A DNA stretch of 64,000 bases from Acidimicrobiia bacterium (GTDB taxonomy: Bacteria > Actinomycetota > Acidimicrobiia > Acidimicrobiales > JANYDT01). Made by a program: the position numbers and the translations under genes. Positions 49,366 to 59,266 of the stretch are shown here, one piece after another; position 1 is the stretch's first letter, and each line of letters starts with the position of its first letter. Under the pieces are notes generated by a model. The model had not been told where the DNA came from and ran no database searches. It saw only the letters and a list, made by a program, of their open reading frames with translations. Location: the NCBI GenBank assembly GCA_031418775.1, contig JANOJN010000170.1, forward strand, positions 34,977-98,976. Direction: 5' to 3'.

Positions 49366-50511
49366 CTAGGGAAGCTGATCGTTCGTGGGCCGGGGTGTGT
49401 CGGGCCACACCCAGCGGCGCAGCGCCGTGTCGCAGATGACGTAGCCCCAGCGAACGAGGTCGCGCCGAACCTGTTCGGGCAGCCCCGTCAACCGCGTTGC
49501 CACGTGCGCCGGATAGCCGGGGGGCACGTGCGCGAACGGCAGCGGATCGGGCAGCCCGTAGTCGGCCACGTCGGACGAAATGCTCCAGTAGGCGCCCGCG
49601 CGTTGCCCGTCGAGGAAGCTCTCGATCAGCTGCACCTTGCGCAATGCCCGCACCTGCGAGTTCATCACGCCGGCGACGCGCACGAACTGGCGCAACCAAT
49701 CGTTCGGTTGCTTTGCCTCCGGCTTGAAGGACTCGCCGGCATCGGACACGAGCACGGTGTCGCAGTTCGACCACACCGTCTGCAGCCCGAGGTTGTCGTA
49801 GACGCCACCGTCGGAGAGCACAAACTCTTTCAGGAACGGTTCCGGGTTCGGGTGCTGCGGCACGTGAGTGCGGTCGTACGCTCCGGTTGGCGTCGTGCGG
49901 TGGGGCGAGAAGAACGGCGGGAACGAGCTGGAGGCGGCGACAGCCACTGCGAGTGAAGTGGTGGGCTGACTCCAGATGCCGATGCTGTAGTCGCCCATGT
50001 AGGGCCTCGAGAACCGGAACTGCTTGCCCGTCTGCAGGTTCGTGGAATCGATGACGAACCGTGGCCCCGCGTCGTCGGCGGGCAGGTCCTGCAAGGTCGC
50101 ACCATCGAAGAGGTGGCGATCGTACGCGTCGGCCAGGCACCCGCTGATGGACTTGCCCGGCAGCAACCCCTTCCAGAAGCACTTCGCATCGATTCCCACT
50201 CCGCCGAACTCGAACACACGAGACACCACCAGCGCATCCAGGTTCGTCGCCCGATCATGCTCGTCCCACTGCAGCTCGGCCCAGCGCAGGCCGAGTACGG
50301 CGGCCGTGATCGAGCCGCCGGACACGCTGGAGACACGGCGCAACCACCGGAGCCGACCGAGCTGGTTCAGACGGATCAGGGCACCCAGGTGGAACAGCAT
50401 CGCCCGGTAGCCACCGCCCGACAGGCACAGGCCCAGCCCGACGGGAGGGCCGGCGTCGAACGGCCAGGGAGCGTGCACCATCGGAGTCGGCTTCGGCGCC
50501 TGCACGGTCAT
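49366..50511 (-). CDS. Patatin-like phospholipase
   Basis: LSGGGYRAMLFHLG, SSVSGGS nucleophile, ASSSFPPFF, DGGVYDN; GAGG RBS before ATG 50511. Confidence 0.9.
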   Translation of the reverse strand: MTVQAPKPTPMVHAPWPFDAGPPVGLGLCLSGGGYRAMLFHLGALIRLNQLGRLRWLRRVSSVSGGSITAAVLGLRWAELQWDEHDRATNLDALVVSRVFEFGGVGIDAKCFWKGLLPGKSISGCLADAYDRHLFDGATLQDLPADDAGPRFVIDSTNLQTGKQFRFSRPYMGDYSIGIWSQPTTSLAVAVAASSSFPPFFSPHRTTPTGAYDRTHVPQHPNPEPFLKEFVLSDGGVYDNLGLQTVWSNCDTVLVSDAGESFKPEAKQPNDWLRQFVRVAGVMNSQVRALRKVQLIESFLDGQRAGAYWSISSDVADYGLPDPLPFAHVPPGYPAHVATRLTGLPEQVRRDLVRWGYVICDTALRRWVWPDTPRPTNDQLP

Positions 50512-50638
50512 CGACACCTCGTGCCCATAGGTTGCTGCATCGACGCGACCGAACCTAGTGTCCCGAATCACAAATCCGCTGCCGAGGCCGGGAGGCACCA
50601 TCTCCTCGGTGGGGTTCAGGGACGTTCAGCTAGGTGAC

Positions 50639-50794
50639 TGGTGTGTCGCCCAGTTGAGTTGGGCGGATTGCGAGTCAGGTTCGTCGAGGGCAACAGGAGG
50701 CACCGCTAGCCAGCACCCTGCGAACGGAACGACGAGGACGCCGCCATCGGCGAAGCTGGCCGCAAGGCGTCCCAGCGAAATGGGCGACACACCA
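50639..50794. mobile_element. MITE-like element with 14-bp terminal inverted repeats
   Basis: TGGTGTGTCGCCCA (50639-50652) and TGGGCGACACACCA (50781-50794) are perfect inverted repeats; CTAG near both ends; no convincing ORF inside. Confidence 0.55.
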
Positions 50795-50868
50795 CTAGGC
50801 ACTCCCCCCTGGCGAGCGATCAGCGCACGGCGGCACACCGTTAGGAGTGCGATGTTCGCAGGGCTGGG

Positions 50869-51528
50869 CTACCAGCCGTCGAGGATGGCGCGGCCGCCCG
50901 AGGTGCCGATCCGCGTGGCGCCGGCTTCGATCATGGCTCTCGCTGTTGCCGCGTCACGGATACCGCCGGAGGCCTTGATGCCGGTGTCTTCGCCTACGGT
51001 GTCGGCCATGAGGCGCACGGCGGCCACGGTCGCGCCGCCGGAGGGATGAAACCCCGTCGAGGTCTTCACGAAGTCGGCTCCAGCGGATCTCGCCACACGG
51101 CACGCCTCGACGATCTCGGCGTCGGTCAGGACCCCCGTCTCCAGGATGACCTTGAGCAGGGCGTTGGGGACAGCGGCGGCGACGTCGGCGATGTCGGCTT
51201 CGAGTCCGTCCCAGTCGCCAGATTTGATGAGTCCGAGGTTCGCGACCATGTCGATCTCGCTCGCGCCAGCGGCGACGGCGAGCGACGCCTCCATGGCCTT
51301 GATGCGGCTGTCGACGGCACCGCTGGGGAATCCGATGACCGTGCACACGACGATGCCGCCGTCGACGGCGTTGGCGGCAAGTTCGACATGGCACGGGCTC
51401 ACGCAGACGGCACCGACACCTAGCTCGTTCGCCTCCACGCAGAGCGCCACAACCTCGTCGGGCGTGGCCTCGGGACGAAGGAGGGTGAGGTCGAGCATGC
51501 GGGCGACATCGGCGCGGGACAGGTCCAT
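50869..51528 (-). CDS. deoC: Deoxyribose-phosphate aldolase
   Basis: LDLTLLRPEAT, VIGFPSG, EIDMV, LKVILET, DFVKTSTGF, IKASGGIR, RIGTS. Confidence 0.97.
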   Translation of the reverse strand: MDLSRADVARMLDLTLLRPEATPDEVVALCVEANELGVGAVCVSPCHVELAANAVDGGIVVCTVIGFPSGAVDSRIKAMEASLAVAAGASEIDMVANLGLIKSGDWDGLEADIADVAAAVPNALLKVILETGVLTDAEIVEACRVARSAGADFVKTSTGFHPSGGATVAAVRLMADTVGEDTGIKASGGIRDAATARAMIEAGATRIGTSGGRAILDGW

Positions 51529-51712
51529 GTCCCCACGTTCTCACGGCGGCCCCGGTCTCCGTTCCCGATCCACCGCCGCCGAGTTCATCGCCGGCAAGGC
51601 GGAAACTGCCCGGGATTCGTCGCCCAAACCGGTTTTGCGGGCGACGGAGACCGCATTGGCGGGCGATGCGGCCCGTGTGCAGAAGCGGCGCGGAGTTTGG
51701 AAGGATGCCGGG

Positions 51713-53422
51713 GTGACTGATTCGACTTCCGCGGGTCCTGCAGCAGTCCGTCTCGCGGCGCAGCGCTGGCTCGCCTTGGATCCCGACCCGGTCACCCGAG
51801 CGGAGACGCAGGCGCTTCTCGACGCGGCGGCGACCGGCGCCGCGAAGGCGTTGGAAGACCTCGCCAACCGCTTCACCGGACGTCTCCAGTTCGGCACGGC
51901 CGGGATTCGCGCTGCCATTGGCGCCGGGCCGCAGCGGATGAACCGGTTGGTCGTGCGGCAAACAGCGGCTGGCGTGGCGGCGGACCTACTGGCAACGGTG
52001 CCCGACGCGGCGGCGAGGGGCGTAGTCGTCGGCGGCGATGCCCGTCACGGGTCGAAGGAGTTCGTGGAAGACGTGGCCGCGGTCCTCGCTGCGGCGGGCG
52101 TCGCGTCGATGCGTTTCCCCGACCCGACGCCTACCCCGTTGGTGGCGTTCGCCACGAAGCACCTCAACGTCGCCGCCGGCATCCAGGTGACGGCGAGCCA
52201 CAACCCGCCGGCCGACAACGGTATGAAGGTCTACTGGGGTGACGGTGCCCAGATCGTGCCGCCCATGGATGCGCGCATCGCCGCGGCGATCGACGTCGTC
52301 GCGACCGGTCCGATCGCCCTTGCCGGTCCGGACAGCCCGTTGGCCCAGTTCGTCGACCCGACGCTCGTCGATCAGTACGTGGAAGGGGTGCACGCGCTCG
52401 ATCCGCACACCGCCTCGGCGTCAGAGCGAGCGGCGCTGAAGATCGTCATAACCCCGATGCACGGTGTGGGCGGCGTTCTGCTCGTTCGCATCCTCGGCGA
52501 AGCGGGGTTCACCCAGGTCGTGCCCGTGGCCGAACAGTTCGCACCCGACCCGGACTTCCCGACGGTGTCGTTTCCCAACCCCGAGGAGCCCGGCGCGCTC
52601 GACCTGGCGTTCGCCACGGCCCGGCGCGTCGGCGCCGACATCATCATCGCCAACGACCCGGACGCCGACCGGTGTGCCCTGGCCGTGCTCGATCCCTCGG
52701 CCGAAGGTGGATGGCGCATGCTGCGGGGTGATGAGGTCGGCTGGGTTCTCGCCGACCACCTCCTGGGGGTTCCGTCCGAGGACCCGCGCCCGACCCTGCT
52801 CGTCACGACCTTGGTTTCGTCGTCCCTGCTTCGCGCCATGGCGGCGCGTCGGGGTGCGGCCTACGTCGAAACGCTCACCGGGTTCAAGTGGCTCGCCCGG
52901 GCGGCAATGGATCGCCCCGACCACCGACTGGTCCTTGCGTATGAGGAGGCGCTCGGCTACTGCGTCGGCGATCTCGTGGCCGACAAAGACGGCTTCAGCG
53001 CTGCCCTCGTTGCGGCCGACCTTGCCGCGCGACGCAAGGCCGACGGATCGTCGCTGCTCGGTGCTCTCGCCGACATCGAGTCGACCTACGGGCGTTACGA
53101 CACCTCACAGTGGTCGCTGCGCTTCGACGGACCCGCCGCGGCCGACGACATGGCGGCGCTCATGGTTCGGGCCCGGGCCGCACACCCGTCGGAGATCGCC
53201 GGATGCACCGTGGTGGAGGAGTGGGACTACCTCACCAGCGACCCGCCGGCCGACGTCGTTGTCTTCTCCCTCGGCGAGATCGGGCGTATCACGGTGCGCC
53301 CGAGCGGGACCGAGCCGAAGTGCAAGGTCTACTTCGAGGTTGTCTCCCATGGAGGCGCGGCCGCCGTCACGGTCGACGAACTCCGGCTGGCCATGGCTCT
53401 GCTGTTGGGTGTCCCGGCGTGA
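51713..53422 (+). CDS. Phospho-sugar mutase (PGM/PMM, PGM2-like; possible phosphopentomutase role)
   Basis: LQFGTAGIR, TASHNP phosphoserine loop, DPDADR, GFKW, YEEALGY, RPSGTEPK; start GTG 51713. Confidence 0.93.
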   Translation: MTDSTSAGPAAVRLAAQRWLALDPDPVTRAETQALLDAAATGAAKALEDLANRFTGRLQFGTAGIRAAIGAGPQRMNRLVVRQTAAGVAADLLATVPDAAARGVVVGGDARHGSKEFVEDVAAVLAAAGVASMRFPDPTPTPLVAFATKHLNVAAGIQVTASHNPPADNGMKVYWGDGAQIVPPMDARIAAAIDVVATGPIALAGPDSPLAQFVDPTLVDQYVEGVHALDPHTASASERAALKIVITPMHGVGGVLLVRILGEAGFTQVVPVAEQFAPDPDFPTVSFPNPEEPGALDLAFATARRVGADIIIANDPDADRCALAVLDPSAEGGWRMLRGDEVGWVLADHLLGVPSEDPRPTLLVTTLVSSSLLRAMAARRGAAYVETLTGFKWLARAAMDRPDHRLVLAYEEALGYCVGDLVADKDGFSAALVAADLAARRKADGSSLLGALADIESTYGRYDTSQWSLRFDGPAAADDMAALMVRARAAHPSEIAGCTVVEEWDYLTSDPPADVVVFSLGEIGRITVRPSGTEPKCKVYFEVVSHGGAAAVTVDELRLAMALLLGVPA

Positions 53423-53444
53423 TCCGTCCGACGAACCGGGGGCA

Positions 53445-54974
53445 ATGATGCCCGAGCTCGGGCGGCTTCAGTGGGAGAAGTCCTTCGTGACTGTCCGCTC
53501 CGATGCCGCGATTCCGCTCCTCGCCCATGTTCGTGCCACGGGTTCGACGTCAGCTCCCGTGACCATCCTCGTGGTCATGTCGCCACTCGCGTCCCACGTC
53601 GCTGTCGAGACGGAGATCGAGGCCCTCGTTCGTTCGAGCCGCCGGGTCCTCGTCGCCGATCACCCCGGCACCGGTGGAAGTGACGAGTGGGCGGGCTCGC
53701 TCGACGACTGGATCGACCAGGTCGGCGGCGCGGTGGATGCCGCTGTGCTCGTCGCCATGGGTCCCGCCGCGGGCGATCGCCAGGAGCTCGCCGCGCTTGC
53801 CGAACGGTTGGAGCCACGCGCCGACGGTGCACATCTTGCCGCAGCGATCGATACCGTGCGCTCTGCTTGGGTCTTCGACCCGTGGCATGAACGAACATCC
53901 GCCGCACGTCTGCGCGTCGTTGTTCCCGATGCCGCCGCGCTGCACGTTGCGGCCCTGCGTCTCCTCGAATCGCCGGGCACACTCACCGAGCGCGGCGCCT
54001 GGTTCGACGGACTCGCCTCGCACGTATTCAGGCCACGGCGGGCGAGCCAAGACCCTGACCCGGCCCGATCCTACGTACACACACGATTCGGGCAGGTGCA
54101 CATCCGAACAGAAGGTCGTCGCAACCGGCGTCCGACGCTCCTCGCACTGCATCCGTCCCCGGGTTCGGCGCGGCCGTATGCGGACGTAGCGGCTCGGCTC
54201 GGCTCGACTCGCCGTGTCGTCTCTCCCGACATGCTCGGCAACGGGGACTCCGACGCTCCGGCGGTCCACCACGCGCTCGTCGATGCGTTGTCCCCGGAGT
54301 TCGGCGACACCTGCGGCACGGCGCGCACACTGGCCGACTACGCGGACGAGGCGATCGCTGTGCTCGACGCGCTCGGTGAGGAGGAGCCCGTCGACATCTG
54401 GGGCAACCACACCGGCGCTCTCGTCGGCATGGAGTTGGCGATCCGCCATCCGCATCGTGTGCGGCGACTGGTCTTGGACGGCATCACGATCTTCGATCCG
54501 GCCGAGAAGGCCGACATCGTTGCCCACTACCTCCCGCCGTTCGACCTCGACGACTACGGAGCCCACCTGCTCCGGGCGTGGGGCATGCGTCACGACATGA
54601 TCCTCTTCTGGCCGTGGTACCGGACGAACCCGGCCGGGTGGCGCCCGCTGGGCGCCCTCTCGCCAACGGCATTGCACGCCATCACCATGGAGCTGCTCCG
54701 CAGCGGACCAACGTTCCGCACGGCCTATGACGCTGCGTTCCGCTACCCGACCACGTCGCGGTTGCCGCTGCTCACGGTTCCGGCCATGCTCACGGTGTTT
54801 CCGACCGACCCGCTCGCCGGCGCAGTCGACGAGGCGTGCCGGCTTCTCCCGTCACTCCAGCGGGCCAGCATCGGCGGTTACGGGCCCGGTCACCTCGAAG
54901 AGTCGGTCCGGGTGATCACCGACTTCCTTGACGCGTCTGCGGCCCCGTCGGGTCGAGTCTCCGGCGGCCGCTGA
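53445..54974 (+). CDS. Tandem alpha/beta-hydrolase-fold protein
   Basis: DHPGTGGSD and LHPSPGS/PDMLGNGDSD motifs; WGNHTGA at the nucleophile elbow; start ATG 53445/53448. Confidence 0.75.
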   Translation: MMPELGRLQWEKSFVTVRSDAAIPLLAHVRATGSTSAPVTILVVMSPLASHVAVETEIEALVRSSRRVLVADHPGTGGSDEWAGSLDDWIDQVGGAVDAAVLVAMGPAAGDRQELAALAERLEPRADGAHLAAAIDTVRSAWVFDPWHERTSAARLRVVVPDAAALHVAALRLLESPGTLTERGAWFDGLASHVFRPRRASQDPDPARSYVHTRFGQVHIRTEGRRNRRPTLLALHPSPGSARPYADVAARLGSTRRVVSPDMLGNGDSDAPAVHHALVDALSPEFGDTCGTARTLADYADEAIAVLDALGEEEPVDIWGNHTGALVGMELAIRHPHRVRRLVLDGITIFDPAEKADIVAHYLPPFDLDDYGAHLLRAWGMRHDMILFWPWYRTNPAGWRPLGALSPTALHAITMELLRSGPTFRTAYDAAFRYPTTSRLPLLTVPAMLTVFPTDPLAGAVDEACRLLPSLQRASIGGYGPGHLEESVRVITDFLDASAAPSGRVSGGR

Positions 54975-56333
54975 GCGCACCGGCCACCACCCGGGAAGAG
55001 CCGTCCGCATGCCCGATGCGTACTTCGTCAGCCGTTCGCGGTCGCTCGCGTTGAGCAGATCGATAACATCGAAATACGCCCGAGGGCCGGCTGCTCGCAA
55101 CGCGCGTGCCGGCTCACCGTTGCGTTCGGGAAGAGACGTTGTCAGGAGGACAATGGGGCAACCGTTGACGTGATCGCGAACGGCGTGAAGGCGGCCAAGG
55201 GTGTCAAAGACCGCGCTTGCGTTGGTCATCCCTCCGCGGTGTGTCATATGCGCGCCGACGGTTTTGAAGTACCACGTCTGCCCGAGATCGTCGAGGGCTC
55301 GGAAGTCGAGGGAAACCCCGGTCTTTGGGATCCTTGGAGACACGCTGGCAACGGTGAAGCCCGCGTTCCGGAGCACGGACTCGGCCATCTTCGCCGTGCC
55401 GAGCGAAGCCTCACCGCTCACGTCATCTGTGCGCGTACCTTCTATGGCAACGCGAGCGCGAGCAACTTCGACATAGGCCGGGTCGAGGTCGTAACCGATG
55501 AATCGCCGACCGAGCCGAGACGCCGCGATCAAGGCGGAGCCGCTGCCGAGGAAGGGATCGAGAACGAGGTCGTTCTCATACGTATACAGACGAATGAGCT
55601 TCTCGGGGAGCTCTACCGGGAACGGTGCCGGATGACCCACCCGCTTCGCTGACTCGGGTGTGATGTCCCAGACGTCGAGCGTCAGCGAGAGGAAGTCGTC
55701 GGTGGCGATGCTGGCCACGTGCGGAAGGTGCTCCTTCGCCCGTGTGGCCGCGTTGCGCGCCCGATCGAAGCGGCCCTTCGACGCAATGATGACGCGTTCT
55801 GTGAGGTCACGGAGCACCGGGTTCGCCGGGCTGCGATACGAACCCCACGCGCACGAACCAGTGGCGCCGACCGCCTTGCGCCAGATCACCTCGCCGCGCA
55901 GCAGCAGTCCGAGGTCGTCCTGGAGGATACGGATCACGTCGGCCGACAGACTGCGGTACGGCTTGCGTCCGAGATTGGCGACATTTACCGCGATCCGTCC
56001 ACCGGGCTCGAGCACTCGGACACATTCGGTGAACACCTCGCGAAGCATGTCGAGGAACTCGACGTAGGAGGACGGCACGTGATCGGCAGTCAACTCTTCC
56101 TCGTACTGCTTGCCGGCGAAGTACGGCGGTGACGTGACCACGAGGGCGACCGAACCGTCCGGGAGCGCGGTCATGGCGCGGGAGTCGCCACAGACGAACG
56201 GCTCGACGATCTCGAACGGCGCCAGCACGGTGGCGTCGTCGGACAGTCTCGGTGCGGCGAAGCGGGTGTAGAAGCCCGTGGCGTCGTGGGTCTCCCGGCG
56301 GCCCGATCCAAAGTTCGATGTCGACGTGGCCAC
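54852..56333 (-). CDS. N4-C/N6-A DNA methyltransferase (beta class) with C-terminal nuclease-like domain
   Basis: VTSPPY motif IV precedes HPAPFP and VLDPFLGSG motif I; extra ~170-aa C-terminal region. Confidence 0.9.
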   Translation of the reverse strand: MATSTSNFGSGRRETHDATGFYTRFAAPRLSDDATVLAPFEIVEPFVCGDSRAMTALPDGSVALVVTSPPYFAGKQYEEELTADHVPSSYVEFLDMLREVFTECVRVLEPGGRIAVNVANLGRKPYRSLSADVIRILQDDLGLLLRGEVIWRKAVGATGSCAWGSYRSPANPVLRDLTERVIIASKGRFDRARNAATRAKEHLPHVASIATDDFLSLTLDVWDITPESAKRVGHPAPFPVELPEKLIRLYTYENDLVLDPFLGSGSALIAASRLGRRFIGYDLDPAYVEVARARVAIEGTRTDDVSGEASLGTAKMAESVLRNAGFTVASVSPRIPKTGVSLDFRALDDLGQTWYFKTVGAHMTHRGGMTNASAVFDTLGRLHAVRDHVNGCPIVLLTTSLPERNGEPARALRAAGPRAYFDVIDLLNASDRERLTKYASGMRTALPGWWPVRSAAAGDSTRRGRRRVKEVGDHPDRLFEVTGPVTADAGPLE

Positions 56334-56462
56334 GGTGTCAACGACGGTAGTGGGCAGCGCCGCCCTCCGCGATTCTCGTGGGCCAGCTCACGTGCTTGGG
56401 CCAGCAAACACGCGGCAGGTCACCGTCAGCCGGCCCGAGCGAGCCGGCTGGCCCACGGGAAA

Positions 56463-57560
56463 CTACGCGGCGGCCAACTCGGCGGCGAGGGCGGCGTAGC
56501 GCGGCTTGATGACCTGCTCGATCAGATGCAGGCGGCCATCGAAGGCCCAGAACGCGCTCTTCATGCCGTTGACCGTGAACCAGCGGAGATCATCGAGTCC
56601 ATAGTCGAAGGTGTCGCACAAGGTGGCGAACTCCGACGACATGGAGCAGCCACTCATGAGGCGATTGTCGGTGTTGACGGTCACCCTGAACCGGAGCCGC
56701 TTGAGCAGGTGGATGGGGTGTTCGGCGATGGATCTCGCCGCACCGGTGTGGACGTTCGAGGTCGGGCACATCTCGAGCGGCACCCGACGATCGCGGACGT
56801 AGGAGGCCAGACGGCCGAGCGCGTACGTGCCGTCGGGCCGCATGGTGATGTCGTCGACGATGCGGACTCCGTGGCCCAGGCGCTCGGCGCCGCAGTACTG
56901 CAGCGCCTCGTGGATCGACGGCAGACCGAACGCTTCGCCGGCATGGATTGTGGTGTGGAAGTTCGCCTCGTGGATGCGATTGAAGGCCCCGAGATGACGA
57001 GACGGCGGGAAGCCGTCCTCCGGTCCAGCGATGTCGAAACCGATCACGTTGTTGTCCCGATGGCGGATCGCCAGCTCGGCGATCTCGAACGAGTGCGCCT
57101 CCTGGCGCATCGCCGACAGCAGGGTGCCGATGGTGATCGTGTTGCCGACGGACTCCGCTGACTTCCGGCCGATCTCGAACCCCTCGACGACGGCGTCGAC
57201 GACAGTGTCGAGGCTGAGGCCTTTCTTCAGATGCTGCTCCGGAGCAAAGCGGATCTCGGCGTAGACGACGCCATCGGCGGCGAGGTCCTCGGCCGCCTCC
57301 GCGGCGATGCGGGTGAGCGCATCTCGGTCCTGCATCACGCCCACCGTGTGGTCGAAGGTGGAGAGGTAGAGCGGCAACGACAGTCGATCAGCGCCTTCGC
57401 GGATCTTCGCCGCGAGATCGTCAGGATCGGTTGATGGAAGCCCGGCGTAACCGAACTCCTTGGCCAGGTCGATCATCGTTTGCGGACGCAAGCCGCCGTC
57501 GAGATGATCGTGGAGGAGGACCTTCGGGGCTCGGCGGATGACTTCCAGCGAAAGGCTCAT
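56463..57560 (-). CDS. add: Adenosine deaminase
   Basis: PKVLLHDHLDGG, FDIAGPE, TIHAGE, RLGHG, EMCPTSN, VNTDNRLMS; start ATG 57560. Confidence 0.95.
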   Translation of the reverse strand: MSLSLEVIRRAPKVLLHDHLDGGLRPQTMIDLAKEFGYAGLPSTDPDDLAAKIREGADRLSLPLYLSTFDHTVGVMQDRDALTRIAAEAAEDLAADGVVYAEIRFAPEQHLKKGLSLDTVVDAVVEGFEIGRKSAESVGNTITIGTLLSAMRQEAHSFEIAELAIRHRDNNVIGFDIAGPEDGFPPSRHLGAFNRIHEANFHTTIHAGEAFGLPSIHEALQYCGAERLGHGVRIVDDITMRPDGTYALGRLASYVRDRRVPLEMCPTSNVHTGAARSIAEHPIHLLKRLRFRVTVNTDNRLMSGCSMSSEFATLCDTFDYGLDDLRWFTVNGMKSAFWAFDGRLHLIEQVIKPRYAALAAELAAA

Positions 57561-57686
57561 GTCCCATTCTTGCCTGCGTCCGGGAGGGTGGCGCCGCCGC
57601 GCCGCGACTTGGCGCGCCGGGAGAGGTCTGGGACGTCCGACCCGGGTCCGGCCGATCTTGCGACTTGTCGCGTAACCTCGCCTGCC

Positions 57687-58097
57687 ATGTCGGATCGTCA
57701 GCGGATTTCGTCGGGTCTGCCCTACGAGCTCATCGTCGGATACAGCCGGGCCATCCGTGTCCACGAGCACGTCTACGTCTCCGGGACCACCCCGCAGTGG
57801 GAGAACGGCACGGTCGACCCCGATCCGGAGCGACAGGTGCGGCGCTGCTTCGAGATCATCGAGAAGGCGCTGATGGAGGCGGGCGGCTCGTTGGCCGACG
57901 TTGTCCGCACGCGCATCTACCTGACCAGCACTGACACCGTCCGCGCCGTCGAGAAGGTGCACGGCGAGCTCTTCGGCGACGTCCGTCCGGCGAACTCCAC
58001 CGTCGTCGTTGCCGCGCTCCTCAATCCGGCTTGGAAGGTCGAGATCGAAGCCGACGCGGTGATCGGGTCGAGAGACCGCGAACACACCGGTAGCTGA
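57687..58097 (+). CDS. RidA/YjgF/UK114 family protein
   Basis: ISSGLPYELIVGYSRAIR, VSGTT, DVVRTRIY, RPANS, VEIEADA. Confidence 0.9.
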   Translation: MSDRQRISSGLPYELIVGYSRAIRVHEHVYVSGTTPQWENGTVDPDPERQVRRCFEIIEKALMEAGGSLADVVRTRIYLTSTDTVRAVEKVHGELFGDVRPANSTVVVAALLNPAWKVEIEADAVIGSRDREHTGS

Positions 58098-58102
58098 GCC
58101 GC

Positions 58103-59056
58103 ATGACCGCGTCGTCCAGATATCGGGTCTTGATCGACTGCGATCCTGGTCACGACGACGTCTTCGCGATCGCCGTTGCCGCGCAGCACTGCGACATTGT
58201 CGGGGTCACGACGGTGGCGGGCAACTCGCCCCTGACGAACACCACCCGCAACGCGCTCATTGCCATCGACCTGTTCGGCCTGCACGACGTGCCGGTGCAC
58301 AGCGGGTCTGCCGTGCCCGTGAACGGTCGCGAGGGCCGCTATCCCGAGGCGCATGGTCGCTCCGGTCTCGACGGCCCGGCGCCCCGCACACCCTCGCGCG
58401 GTGTCGACGGGACCGATGCCGTGTCGTTCATCATCGAAACGGTGCGGGCGACCGAGGGTTTGTGGCTCGTCCCGATCGGGCCTCTCACGAACATCGCGCT
58501 TGCGCTGCGTCGCGCCCCCGACATCGCGCAGCGGGTGGCCGGCATCTCGATCATGGGTGGGTCGTTGACGCACGGGAACATGACGAGTGCGGCCGAGTTC
58601 AACATCTGGTTCGACCCCGAAGCGGCCGAGGACGTGTTCCGGGCCGGCGCGCCACTGACGATGTGCGGGCTCGACCTGACCCATCAGGTGGCGGCCGATG
58701 GGAGCTTCATCGACGCACTGGAGGCACACGGGACCGACACCTCCCGCTTTTCTGCCGAGCTGATGCGTTTCTACCACGGGTATTCAGCGCGCTTACTTCA
58801 CCTGGAGGGCGACTCTGCGTACCGTCACCGCGTTCCCTTGCATGATCCCTGCGCGGTGATGGCCATCACCCACCCGCACCTATTCACTGTTGATCGTCTG
58901 CACGTCGTCGTCGAGACCGCCGGGACGCACACCCGCGGTATGACCCATCCGGACCTCCGACCGTGGGCTGACCCGGCGACGGCCAATGTCGATGCCGTGG
59001 CGAGCGCCCGGCGTGATGAGGCGCTCGATGTCGTTCTTGCGGCCCTGACGCGCTGA
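58103..59056 (+). CDS. Inosine/uridine-preferring nucleoside hydrolase
   Basis: DCDPGHDD, TTVAGN, HGRSGL, GPLTNIA, AEFNIWFDPEAA, LHDP. Confidence 0.95.
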   Translation: MTASSRYRVLIDCDPGHDDVFAIAVAAQHCDIVGVTTVAGNSPLTNTTRNALIAIDLFGLHDVPVHSGSAVPVNGREGRYPEAHGRSGLDGPAPRTPSRGVDGTDAVSFIIETVRATEGLWLVPIGPLTNIALALRRAPDIAQRVAGISIMGGSLTHGNMTSAAEFNIWFDPEAAEDVFRAGAPLTMCGLDLTHQVAADGSFIDALEAHGTDTSRFSAELMRFYHGYSARLLHLEGDSAYRHRVPLHDPCAVMAITHPHLFTVDRLHVVVETAGTHTRGMTHPDLRPWADPATANVDAVASARRDEALDVVLAALTR

Positions 59057-59108
59057 CCGCGGGCCTGCGGGTCAGTGCTGCGACCCAAAGGCCTGAGCCG
59101 TCTCGAAG

Positions 59109-59261
59109 TGCAGCAAAACACCTCCCAGCGCTGCACGGAGGTGTTTTGCCCCCATATATGGGGGCAACCTCTCTCCCAGTCACAGCGGCCACTCGTGTTG
59201 CGAGCAGTTGAGCGAAGCGAGCGGCGCAGCGCCAATGAACAGAGGGGCAACCTCTCTCCCA
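59109..59261 (-). repeat. Dispersed structured intergenic repeat, copy 4 (long form; 70-bp core 59109-59178)
   Basis: Reverse complement aligns over the full length of copy 1, including the CTGCTCGCAACACGAGT linker and the duplicated TGGGAGAGAGGTTGCCCC motif. Confidence 0.93.
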
Positions 59262-59266
59262 ACGCG

